From Schmidtea nova (taxonomy: Eukaryota), in contig CM097884.1 of the NCBI GenBank assembly GCA_044892505.1, forward strand, positions 62,001-126,000: a DNA stretch of 64,000 nt, given 5' to 3'. Positions 34,484 through 45,700 of the stretch are shown piece by piece. A program made the position numbers and the translations under genes. The stretch's first letter is position 1. Each line of letters opens with the position of its first letter. The notes beneath the pieces were generated by a model that was given only the letters and a program-made list of their open reading frames with translations, was not told the origin of the DNA and made no database searches.

Positions 34484-37400
34484 TTAAACAAAACTTTCAT
34501 CTTGGATATCTCCAGGTGGATCTTGGAATTGTTGATCTGGATTGATTCTTGGATCGGTATGTTGAAATATAACCAAGTCACCTTCCATATAATGGCCATA
34601 TGCCAAGCTTTTATTTTTCGCCACCCATTTCCTTTTATCATCTGCGTTTGTTAGTGCAGTCTTTTCATGTTTAATAGTAAAAAGTTGGTGATTTTTACTT
34701 GTGATTCTCGTTTGGGGAACAGAAAATATTTGGTTATTATTAAAACAGTCCAGGTACGACTGATGCTTTATGTCAGTACCCGCTAATGTTGCCCCCTTAG
34801 CTTTATTAGTTTCCTTGTCACCTAAAAGACTATAACATTTAGGTCTAAGAAACACCCACTCCTCGTATTTAAGCCCTTTATTCTCATCTTTGAACTTGCC
34901 AATGACAGAATCAAGGTTCCTACTGTATAGTGGGTGATTCGGATCGTAATTAGAAGTGTCAAGTAAGTTATCTCTTATCATGGCCGGTAAAAGAATATCA
35001 AGCTTACAATTTCTAATCTCAAGAAAAAACGAATCGGTGTCACCAGCTACGATGTTAATTTCGCAGTTGAATTCGTTACGATATTTTTGTAACTCTTCAT
35101 ACTGCAGCTGGTACATTCTAAGTTTAGATAGATCCAGTACAGTTTGACCAATGTAGTTGGGTCTATCCAAACACACCGATTCCTGATTCAGCAAGACGGC
35201 AACCAAATCATCGTCAATTTCGAAAGTCCTTTTAAAAGTTGGCTTAGAAGTATATGTAATCAGCCTAGAAGCCGAATTACATAATCTTAAATTTATGCGC
35301 TTTTTAAGATTCTCTATGGTTTTACCGTAGAGACTATTATTTAATAATTTATAATAATTTTTACCCAGAGCATTACTTGATTCTGCTCTAAGTCTGGTAT
35401 TGGTATCGATGTAATCCTTAAAAATACATGCTTGTTTAAATTTAATTGCCCTATGGACATGAGTTATTTTTACTCCAAGAGAAAGAAAAAGTTTGAGAAG
35501 TCTCCAATGAAGAACATAGTTCTTCTTGGGATAATGCGTAAGCATCAACTTCTCAACCTTTGAGCCAGGTGGACACATCTTTTCAGCGGCAACTGGCAAA
35601 TCATCCAGCTTGTCGTGAATCGAATCAGGAATTTCTAAATCGACTTCTAATGTAAATCCAAATGTTAATACTTCTAAATCAGCAGATTCACAGTAATAAA
35701 TTATTTTATTTAATTTTTCCCTATCAGTTACCCATTTAAATTCTTTATAAGGTAGTTTTTGGCTTAAAGCCCACCCATATAAATTATTTATATCTATATA
35801 AAGAAGCTCAATGTCGTCGGAGGATACTACATGGTGTTTGTTAACAAATGTTAACCCACCACGGATCCCCCCTTCGAAAAAATTATACATCTCCATATCT
35901 TGAAACAACTCGATAGGAAATTTCAAAGTCATCAAAGCTGAATTCCATGACATGCCTGGAATTCCCAAGAAATTAAGAGGCTCAAGTCGGTTATGTGCAA
36001 TGGATTTTGCCCTAAATTGCTGAAAAAAGTCGGCAAGTAAGAAAACATCCAATTTCAGGTATAACATCATATAATCAAACAATGTTTCACAATTAAATTC
36101 ATCCCATATATGTTGAGCTTTTTCATACTCATCGATATTAACTCCTTCCCAAATCGGTGGCAACTCGTATGTATTTTGTAAAACCTCTAAAGAAGTTGCA
36201 AAATTATATGGGAATATGCCTTTGGATGTAATAATAGTCCCTATAAATTCGGATGAAGTAAGAGGAAAATCTGTTAAAGTCTTTACAGCATCGTTTAAGC
36301 TACAGCTTACAAATTGGCAAGAATCGATAAATTTAATAGTTAAACTATCGACTCTTGCATATAAGGTCAAAAACTTTTCACTGGTAGTAGGAATACAACT
36401 TATATCCCATTTATCGAATTTATTTAAACCATACTTGAGAATATGATGTAAATCATATCCGCGTAAATTATGAAATAGTACAGGCATAATGAATCTTATT
36501 TGCCGAGAAAAATTGCATTTAGAGCAAGCTGCACCCAAGTATTTACCTGTATAATGGTCATGATCTTTAACCGGATTTTTCAAAGGTTTATTACACAAAT
36601 AACAAATTATAGAACTACGAAATGATCTTATTTGTGCAGGAGAAAGATATTCCATTTTCTTTTTGGAATTATTTATAAAGTAAGGTAAAACTACTTTTTC
36701 TCCTATATCATTGATTTCAGTCAAAAACTCTTCTACACAGTTAAGACCATAAAAGCTTTTATACGATTTTTCGCCAGTAAAGTTATTAATAAGCAACAAG
36801 CCAGCAGAAATAGGTAAGTGGCGTTGAAAATACTTATCGTCCTTGGGTAAAACAGCCTCAAAATCGGCATATACAACGAAAGGAGGGGTAACAATTTTTG
36901 ACCAATCTTTAAATTCCAAGTTCTTATCTGAAGGCAAAGTGTACAAAGTTGTACCTAACTGATTTTTTGTGCATAAAGTCTGATGTTTCTCAAAAGCTTC
37001 AGTCAATCTAAAACCATTCAAGCAGCGCTCACACCAAATGCTCTGAACCCTAACATTGGTAACCAAAGAATTTCTACAATTCAAAAGCCTGTCAAGATTG
37101 GTAACTGCAATATAATGAAAAGAGTCACTTTCCTCTAACAAAATCAAATTAATTGGAGTGCCACCTACAACCTTTGACCTATGAATAATATCTACAAATG
37201 GATGTTTCATGACTTCCTCTTCCTCAGTAATATAATTTAGATCATACTCGTCATATGAAAGAATATTTATTGCCAACCAGGGGTTTTTCGCTTCAAATTT
37301 GGGTATATTACATAATTTCATAGGAAGATCAGAAGGATCAAACACAAGGTCTGAGGGATTATAATTATAAGACTTACTTCTATTAGATTTCACATCCTTG

Positions 37401-38185
37401 TATTTTAAAATTGCCAAAATACTATATATAAAACACAATTTATCTGTATTCTTTACATTGACAGTGCAATGTTTTGCCTTTAATGATGGTGGGGTTGAAC
37501 AAGAACCGTGACCACTCAATCTACTTATTTGCGAATATTTTGTAAGTTTAAAGCTTATTTCCTTAATTTTATTTATTGACCAATTGCTGCCATTTTCGCA
37601 GACTTTAGTCATTTTTTCACTTAATAGAGCAATACCTTCATCTAAAAAGGTATCACTCATTGGTTTTGCAGAATTTGATATTATAAAAGATTGAAATTGC
37701 TTATTCTTTTCAAATTCTACATCAATGCAAAATTGTACTTTTACATACCCCATTTTGGAAATAACTGAATTAAATTTATTTAATAAAGGTGAAGGAATAA
37801 TTAATTTATTTAAATTTAAAGAATCCACATCCATTTTAACAATGGCATGCGATTTTTTCAAATTATATTTAACCAAAGGTTCAACAGAACCGCCATATTG
37901 GACAACATGTAAATTAGGAATAACTAAAACATCGTCATTTGATGAATGGACATCTTCATCATCAGATATTACATTTATTTTAGTCGGTTTAGGACAAATA
38001 GTAACATTTCGTCGTTTACATTTATTAATTAATGCGAAAAGACTTTTCTTAGTGCATGTGAATTGATTTAAATGGAGATAATGTTGGAAATAAAAATCAA
38101 TGTAATTTATATGTTGGGAGCTCTTACATGTGGGACATAAATAGAAGGTGACTTGGTTATTTATAATATGATAGTATCGCTCCAT
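34484..38185 (-). CDS. Protein-primed family B DNA polymerase (Polinton pPolB), left-arm copy; probable upstream exons 38873-38822, 38778-38725, 38680-38576, main exon from 38241
   Basis: 1233-aa open ORF; Exo I YADFE, Exo II FHNLRGYD, endonuclease-VII-like insert CYLC...DHDHYTGKYLGAACSKCN, Pol motifs YIDINNLYG, KLLNNSLYGK, GDTDS, KAKG. Confidence 0.96.
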   Translation of the reverse strand: MERYYHIINNQVTFYLCPTCKSSQHINYIDFYFQHYLHLNQFTCTKKSLFALINKCKRRNVTICPKPTKINVISDDEDVHSSNDDVLVIPNLHVVQYGGSVEPLVKYNLKKSHAIVKMDVDSLNLNKLIIPSPLLNKFNSVISKMGYVKVQFCIDVEFEKNKQFQSFIISNSAKPMSDTFLDEGIALLSEKMTKVCENGSNWSINKIKEISFKLTKYSQISRLSGHGSCSTPPSLKAKHCTVNVKNTDKLCFIYSILAILKYKDVKSNRSKSYNYNPSDLVFDPSDLPMKLCNIPKFEAKNPWLAINILSYDEYDLNYITEEEEVMKHPFVDIIHRSKVVGGTPINLILLEESDSFHYIAVTNLDRLLNCRNSLVTNVRVQSIWCERCLNGFRLTEAFEKHQTLCTKNQLGTTLYTLPSDKNLEFKDWSKIVTPPFVVYADFEAVLPKDDKYFQRHLPISAGLLLINNFTGEKSYKSFYGLNCVEEFLTEINDIGEKVVLPYFINNSKKKMEYLSPAQIRSFRSSIICYLCNKPLKNPVKDHDHYTGKYLGAACSKCNFSRQIRFIMPVLFHNLRGYDLHHILKYGLNKFDKWDISCIPTTSEKFLTLYARVDSLTIKFIDSCQFVSCSLNDAVKTLTDFPLTSSEFIGTIITSKGIFPYNFATSLEVLQNTYELPPIWEGVNIDEYEKAQHIWDEFNCETLFDYMMLYLKLDVFLLADFFQQFRAKSIAHNRLEPLNFLGIPGMSWNSALMTLKFPIELFQDMEMYNFFEGGIRGGLTFVNKHHVVSSDDIELLYIDINNLYGWALSQKLPYKEFKWVTDREKLNKIIYYCESADLEVLTFGFTLEVDLEIPDSIHDKLDDLPVAAEKMCPPGSKVEKLMLTHYPKKNYVLHWRLLKLFLSLGVKITHVHRAIKFKQACIFKDYIDTNTRLRAESSNALGKNYYKLLNNSLYGKTIENLKKRINLRLCNSASRLITYTSKPTFKRTFEIDDDLVAVLLNQESVCLDRPNYIGQTVLDLSKLRMYQLQYEELQKYRNEFNCEINIVAGDTDSFFLEIRNCKLDILLPAMIRDNLLDTSNYDPNHPLYSRNLDSVIGKFKDENKGLKYEEWVFLRPKCYSLLGDKETNKAKGATLAGTDIKHQSYLDCFNNNQIFSVPQTRITSKNHQLFTIKHEKTALTNADDKRKWVAKNKSLAYGHYMEGDLVIFQHTDPRINPDQQFQDPPGDIQDESFV

Positions 38186-40749
38186 TAATTTGTGGCAATC
38201 GTTATGATTTGACGACTTACAATAATTCGCATAAAATTTACCTTAATATGAAATATCTTTAAATTTATCAAAAAATCATTAAAATAAATTAATAGAGATA
38301 TGAATTATTAGAAAATAAATATGAAATTTAAGATAAATATGATTTAAATATAATAATTACTAAAATAATTTAAATTTAATATAAAACTTATTACAAAATA
38401 ATATTAAAGGAATTTGTTTAAATTAAATGTTTACGTAAAGTAAAGATTATTTAAATTATTACAAAATATTACCAAAATTATATATTTACAAATATTTTAC
38501 TAAAGTTATTTACTAAATTGATTAAAATAATTATCGAAATATAATTAAAATTAATTAAAATTAATCAATACTTACATTGAACATTCAATACCACATCAGG
38601 TATAACTCCATTATTCACAATATTCTCGTTATTAACAATCTCAGCTTGTACGGTAGTTTGTTCAGTCATATTTGCATCCCCTAAAGTAAAAGTTAAATAA
38701 TTTATTAAGTTAATGATCAAGTACCATTTTCTTCTGTATTTTCTAACATCGATTTCCCAATTGCATTATTGATATTACCTAAATTAATACTAAATGATAA
38801 TAAATTAAAAAATAAATTTACCATTTTCTTTCCCACTTGGGTTTTCGTTCATAAAACTTGTTATCATGTTCATTTTTAATGTTTATTATTTGTTAAAGTG
38901 AATAATGAATGAAAAAGGTTTGTTTATATATCAAAGTTATTACACACACATAACCTTTGACCAATAAAAATCGAGTAAGGGGTAGGAAATTTATTCTTAT
39001 TAGCCAATCAGAATCGAGTAAGAGGCAGTAAAGGTATTATTATCATTAGATAGAGAATTATGACTAATTATATATTACGTTGCAGTATTTTAAAAAAACT
39101 AGAAAAGTTATTTCAACAAATTATAATACACATCAAAGTTATAAAATATTTCAATGAATTGCATGCATGTCATATGATTAAAATATATTAGACTAAATAT
39201 TTCAGTAAATTACGTCTAAATTATATTACAATTCAATAATTACGTCAGTTATAAAAAATATTTTAATTAATTTTGATAAAATACATTAGAATTGTCAATA
39301 ACACACACAAAACTTTTATAATTTTCATTAGTATAGAAATTAAATTATATCTACACATGATTACAATAAATATTCGATAAATCTATGCTAAATAGTCGAA
39401 AAAATCCAGTATTTTATTACAAAACACGTGTGTAACACGAAAAACGACAACTTTTAGATTTCGAATCAAGCCATTTTATAGAAATTTAAATTTTATCTAT
39501 ACTTTATTACAATGAAAACTCAATAAATTTATTTTATATACACGAAAAATGCAAAATTAATTACAAAACACGTGTGTATTACAAACACACTAGCAAACTA
39601 ATTTTCTAATCAAGCCATTTTATAGGAAATTAAATTTTACTTATACTTTATTACAATGAAAACTCAATAAATTTATTTTATATACACAAAAAATGCAAAA
39701 TTAATTACAAAACACGTGTGTATTACAAAATACGACAACTTTCAGATTTCTAATAAAGCCATTTTGTAGACATTTAAATTTTACACATATAATATTACAA
39801 GGAAAACTCAAAAAAGTTATTTTATATACATGAAAAATGTAAAATTAATTACAAAACACGTGTGCATTACAAACACACCAACAAACTAATTTTCTAATCA
39901 AGCCATTTTATAGGAAATTAAATTTTACCTATACTTTATTACAATGAAAACTCACTAAAGTTACTTTATATTGTTAAAAATTTGAAAATTCAAAATAAAA
40001 CACGTGTGCATCGCAAAATACGACAACCGTCAGAATTCCAATAAAGCCATTTTGTAGACATTTAAATTTTATACATATAATATTACAATGAAAACTCAAA
40101 AAAGTTATTTTATTTAGGTGAAATATAGAAATTTAATGACAAAACACGTGTGCACAACAATATACACAACATTTTGAATTTTTAATTCAGCCATTTTGTA
40201 GACAATAAAATTCTGTCTATCTATTGTTTCACTAAAAACTCGATCGGGCCGGTTTATCGACTCGAAAAAGGCGTTTGAAGGTTTGTAGTAGGAGGCTATG
40301 TCCGGTCTGCCGCCCCCCCCCATGTGTGAACTCAAATACTTTTTTATTAAATTTAAAATAAAATTTTATATTTAAAAAAATTAAAACAAAAAATTCATAT
40401 AATTAAATAAAATATTCTAGTTATTTAAAACAAAAATTTCACTTAATTTAAACAAAAATTCACTTAATTTTAAAAAAAAATTCACTCAATTTAAAAAATA
40501 TACGAAATTACGTAATTATATACAAAATTACATAATTATCGGGTTTTATTGAGCACACTTGATTACGCAATGATTACGTAACTATGTGTGCTACATAAAA
40601 CCCCGAGCGATTACGTAATATACACACATGGGGGGTAGTGGCGCAGACAGGACACATCCTCCTACTACAAACCTTCAAACGCCTTTTTCGAGTCGATAAA
40701 CCGGCCCGATCGAGTTTTTAGTGAAACAATAGATAGACAGAATTTTATT

Positions 40750-41540
40750 GTCTACAAAATGGCTGAATTAAAAATTCAAAATGTTGTGTATATTGTTGTG
40801 CACACGTGTTTTGTCATTAAATTTCTATATTTCACCTAAATAAAATAACTTTTTTGAGTTTTCATTGTAATATTATATGTATAAAATTTAAATGTCTACA
40901 AAATGGCTTTATTGGAATTCTGACGGTTGTCGTATTTTGCGATGCACACGTGTTTTATTTTGAATTTTCAAATTTTTAACAATATAAAGTAACTTTAGTG
41001 AGTTTTCATTGTAATAAAGTATAGGTAAAATTTAATTTCCTATAAAATGGCTTGATTAGAAAATTAGTTTGTTGGTGTGTTTGTAATGCACACGTGTTTT
41101 GTAATTAATTTTACATTTTTCATGTATATAAAATAACTTTTTTGAGTTTTCCTTGTAATATTATATGTGTAAAATTTAAATGTCTACAAAATGGCTTTAT
41201 TAGAAATCTGAAAGTTGTCGTATTTTGTAATACACACGTGTTTTGTAATTAATTTTGCATTTTTTGTGTATATAAAATAAATTTATTGAGTTTTCATTGT
41301 AATAAAGTATAAGTAAAATTTAATTTCCTATAAAATGGCTTGATTAGAAAATTAGTTTGCTAGTGTGTTTGTAATACACACGTGTTTTGTAATTAATTTT
41401 GCATTTTTCGTGTATATAAAATAAATTTATTGAGTTTTCATTGTAATAAAGTATAGATAAAATTTAAATTTCTATAAAATGGCTTGATTCGAAATCTAAA
41501 AGTTGTCGTTTTTCGTGTTACACACGTGTTTTGTAATAAA
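40750..41540 (+). repeat. Six-copy 144-bp tandem array (mirrored at ~39413-40203) with CACGTG and AAAATGGC in every unit
   Basis: CACGTG at 40803, 40947, 41091, 41235, 41379, 41523; AAAATGGC at 40756, 40900, 41044, 41188, 41332, 41476. Confidence 0.92.
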
Positions 41541-41930
41541 ATACTGGATTTTTTCGACTATTTAGCATAGATTTATCGAATATTTATTGTAATCATGTGT
41601 AGATATAATTTAATTTCTATACTAATGAAAATTATAAAAGTTTTGTGTGTGTTATTGACAATTCTAATGTATTTTATCAAAATTAATTAAAATATTTTTT
41701 ATAACTGACGTAATTATTGAATTGTAATATAATTTAGACGTAATTTACTGAAATATTTAGTCTAATATATTTTAATCATATGACATGCATGCAATTCATT
41801 GAAATATTTTATAACTTTGATGTGTATTATAATTTGTTGAAATAACTTTTCTAGTTTTTTTAAAATACTGCAACGTAATATATAATTAGTCATAATTCTC
41901 TATCTAATGATAATAATACCTTTACTGCCT

Positions 41931-42030
41931 CTTACTCGATTCTGATTGGCTAATAAGAATAAATTTCCTACCCCTTACTCGATTTTTATTGGTCAAAGGT
42001 TATGTGTGTGTAATAACTTTGATATATAAA
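41931..42030 (+). promoter_or_regulatory. Putative PolB promoter: two inverted CCAAT boxes plus TATA (mirrored in left arm)
   Basis: Duplicated CTTACTCGATT..ATTGG modules 43 bp apart (ATTGG at 41945 and 41988); TATATAAA at 42023, ~50 nt upstream of ATG 42080. Confidence 0.6.
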
Positions 42031-42767
42031 CAAACCTTTTTCATTCATTATTCACTTTAACAAATAATAAACATTAAAAATGAACATGATAACAAGTTTT
42101 ATGAACGAAAACCCAAGTGGGAAAGAAAATGGTAAATTTATTTTTTAATTTATTATCATTTAGTATTAATTTAGGTAATATCAATAATGCAATTGGGAAA
42201 TCGATGTTAGAAAATACAGAAGAAAATGGTACTTGATCATTAACTTAATAAATTATTTAACTTTTACTTTAGGGGATGCAAATATGACTGAACAAACTAC
42301 CGTACAAGCTGAGATTGTTAATAACGAGAATATTGTGAATAATGGAGTTATACCTGATGTGGTATTGAATGTTCAATGTAAGTATTGATTAATTTTAATT
42401 AATTTTAATTATATTTCGATAATTATTTTAATCAATTTAGTAAATAACTTTAGTAAAATATTTGTAAATATATAATTTTGGTAATATTTTGTAATAATTT
42501 AAATAATCTTTACTTTACGTAAACATTTAATTTAAACAAATTCCTTTAATATTATTTTGTAATAAGTTTTATATTAAATTTAAATTATTTTAGTAATTAT
42601 TATATTTAAATCATATTTATCTTAAATTTCATATTTATTTTCTAATAATTCATATCTCTATTAATTTATTTTAATGATTTTTTGATAAATTTAAAGATAT
42701 TTCATATTAAGGTAAATTTTATGCGAATTATTGTAAGTCGTCAAATCATAACGATTGCCACAAATTA

Positions 42768-45700
42768 ATGGAGCGATACTATCATATTATAAATAACCAA
42801 GTCACCTTCTATTTATGTCCCACATGTAAGAGCTCCCAACATATAAATTACATTGATTTTTATTTCCAACATTATCTCCATTTAAATCAATTCACATGCA
42901 CTAAGAAAAGTCTTTTCGCATTAATTAATAAATGTAAACGACGAAATGTTACTATTTGTCCTAAACCGACTAAAATAAATGTAATATCTGATGATGAAGA
43001 TGTCCATTCATCAAATGACGATGTTTTAGTTATTCCTAATTTACATGTTGTCCAATATGGCGGTTCTGTTGAACCTTTGGTTAAATATAATTTGAAAAAA
43101 TCGCATGCCATTGTTAAAATGGATGTGGATTCTTTAAATTTAAATAAATTAATTATTCCTTCACCTTTATTAAATAAATTTAATTCAGTTATTTCCAAAA
43201 TGGGGTATGTAAAAGTACAATTTTGCATTGATGTAGAATTTGAAAAGAATAAGCAATTTCAATCTTTTATAATATCAAATTCTGCAAAACCAATGAGTGA
43301 TACCTTTTTAGATGAAGGTATTGCTCTATTAAGTGAAAAAATGACTAAAGTCTGCGAAAATGGCAGCAATTGGTCAATAAATAAAATTAAGGAAATAAGC
43401 TTTAAACTTACAAAATATTCGCAAATAAGTAGATTGAGTGGTCACGGTTCTTGTTCAACCCCACCATCATTAAAGGCAAAACATTGCACTGTCAATGTAA
43501 AGAATACAGATAAATTGTGTTTTATATATAGTATTTTGGCAATTTTAAAATACAAGGATGTGAAATCTAATAGAAGTAAGTCTTATAATTATAATCCCTC
43601 AGACCTTGTGTTTGATCCTTCTGATCTTCCTATGAAATTATGTAATATACCCAAATTTGAAGCGAAAAACCCCTGGTTGGCAATAAATATTCTTTCATAT
43701 GACGAGTATGATCTAAATTATATTACTGAGGAAGAGGAAGTCATGAAACATCCATTTGTAGATATTATTCATAGGTCAAAGGTTGTAGGTGGCACTCCAA
43801 TTAATTTGATTTTGTTAGAGGAAAGTGACTCTTTTCATTATATTGCAGTTACCAATCTTGACAGGCTTTTGAATTGTAGAAATTCTTTGGTTACCAATGT
43901 TAGGGTTCAGAGCATTTGGTGTGAGCGTTGCTTGAATGATTTTAGATTGACTGAAGCTTTTGAGAAACATCAGACTTTATGCACAAAAAATCAGTTAGGT
44001 ACAACTTTGTACACTTTGCCTTCAGATAAGAACTTGGAATTTAAAGATTGGTCAAAAATTGTTACCCCTCCTTTCGTTGTATATGCCGATTTTGAGGCTG
44101 TTTTACCCAAGGACGATAAGTATTTTCAACGCCACTTACCTATTTCTGCTGGCTTGTTGCTTATTAATAACTTTACTGGCGAAAAATCGTATAAAAGCTT
44201 TTATGGTCTTAACTGTGTAGAAGAGTTTTTGACTGAAATCAATGATATAGGAGAAAAAGTAGTTTTACCTTACTTTATAAATAATTCCAAAAAGAAAATG
44301 GAATATCTTTCTCCTGCACAAATAAGATCATTTCGTAGTTCTATAATTTGTTATTTGTGTAATAAACCTTTGAAAAATCCGGTTAAAGATCATGACCATT
44401 ATACAGGTAAATACTTGGGTGCAGCTTGCTCTAAATGCAATTTTTCTCGGCAAATAAGATTCATTATGCCTGTACTATTTCATAATTTACGCGGATATGA
44501 TTTACATCATATTCTCAAGTATGGTTTAAATAAATTCGATAAATGGGATATAAGTTGTATTCCTACTACCAGTGAAAAGTTTTTGACCTTATATGCAAGA
44601 GTCGATAGTTTAACTATTAAATTTATCGATTCTTGCCAATTTGTAAGCTGTAGCTTAAACGATGCTGTAAAGACTTTAACAGATTTTCCTCTTACTTCAT
44701 CCGAATTTATAGGGACTATTATTACATCCAAAGGCATATTCCCATATAATTTTGCAACTTCTTTAGAGGTTTTACAAAATACATACGAGTTGCCACCGAT
44801 TTGGGAAGGAGTTAATATCGATGAGTATGAAAAAGCTCAACATATATGGGATGAATTTAATTGTGAAACATTGTTTGATTATATGATGTTATACCTGAAA
44901 TTGGATGTTTTCTTACTTGCCGACTTTTTTCAGCAATTTAGGGCAAAATCCATTGCACATAACCGACTTGAGCCTCTTAATTTCTTGGGAATTCCAGGCA
45001 TGTCATGGAATTCAGCTTTGATGACTTTGAAATTTCCTATCGAGTTGTTTCAAGATATGGAGATGTATAATTTTTTCGAAGGGGGGATCCGTGGTGGGTT
45101 AACATTTGTTAACAAACACCATGTAGTATCCTCCGACGACATTGAGCTTCTTTATATAGATATAAATAATTTATATGGGTGGGCTTTAAGCCAAAAACTA
45201 CCTTATAAAGAATTTAAATGGGTAACTGATAGGGAAAAATTAAATAAAATAATTTATTACTGTGAATCTGCTGATTTAGAAGTATTAACATTTGGATTTA
45301 CATTAGAAGTCGATTTAGAAATTCCTGATTCGATTCACGACAAGCTGGATGATTTGCCAGTTGCCGCTGAAAAGATGTGTCCACCTGGCTCAAAGGTTGA
45401 GAAGTTGATGCTTACGCATTATCCCAAGAAGAACTATGTTCTTCATTGGAGACTTCTCAAACTTTTTCTTTCTCTTGGAGTAAAAATAACTCATGTCCAT
45501 AGGGCAATTAAATTTAAACAAGCATGTATTTTTAAGGATTACATCGATACCAATACCAGACTTAGAGCAGAATCAAGTAATGCTCTGGGTAAAAATTATT
45601 ATAAATTATTAAATAATAGTCTCTACGGTAAAACCATAGAGAATCTTAAAAAGCGCATAAATTTAAGATTATGTAATTCGGCTTCTAGGCTGATTACATA

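Noticed and set aside
39413-41540. 144-bp array as CRISPR
   Set aside because: Whole units are homologous with no unique spacers; no cas genes; eukaryotic context
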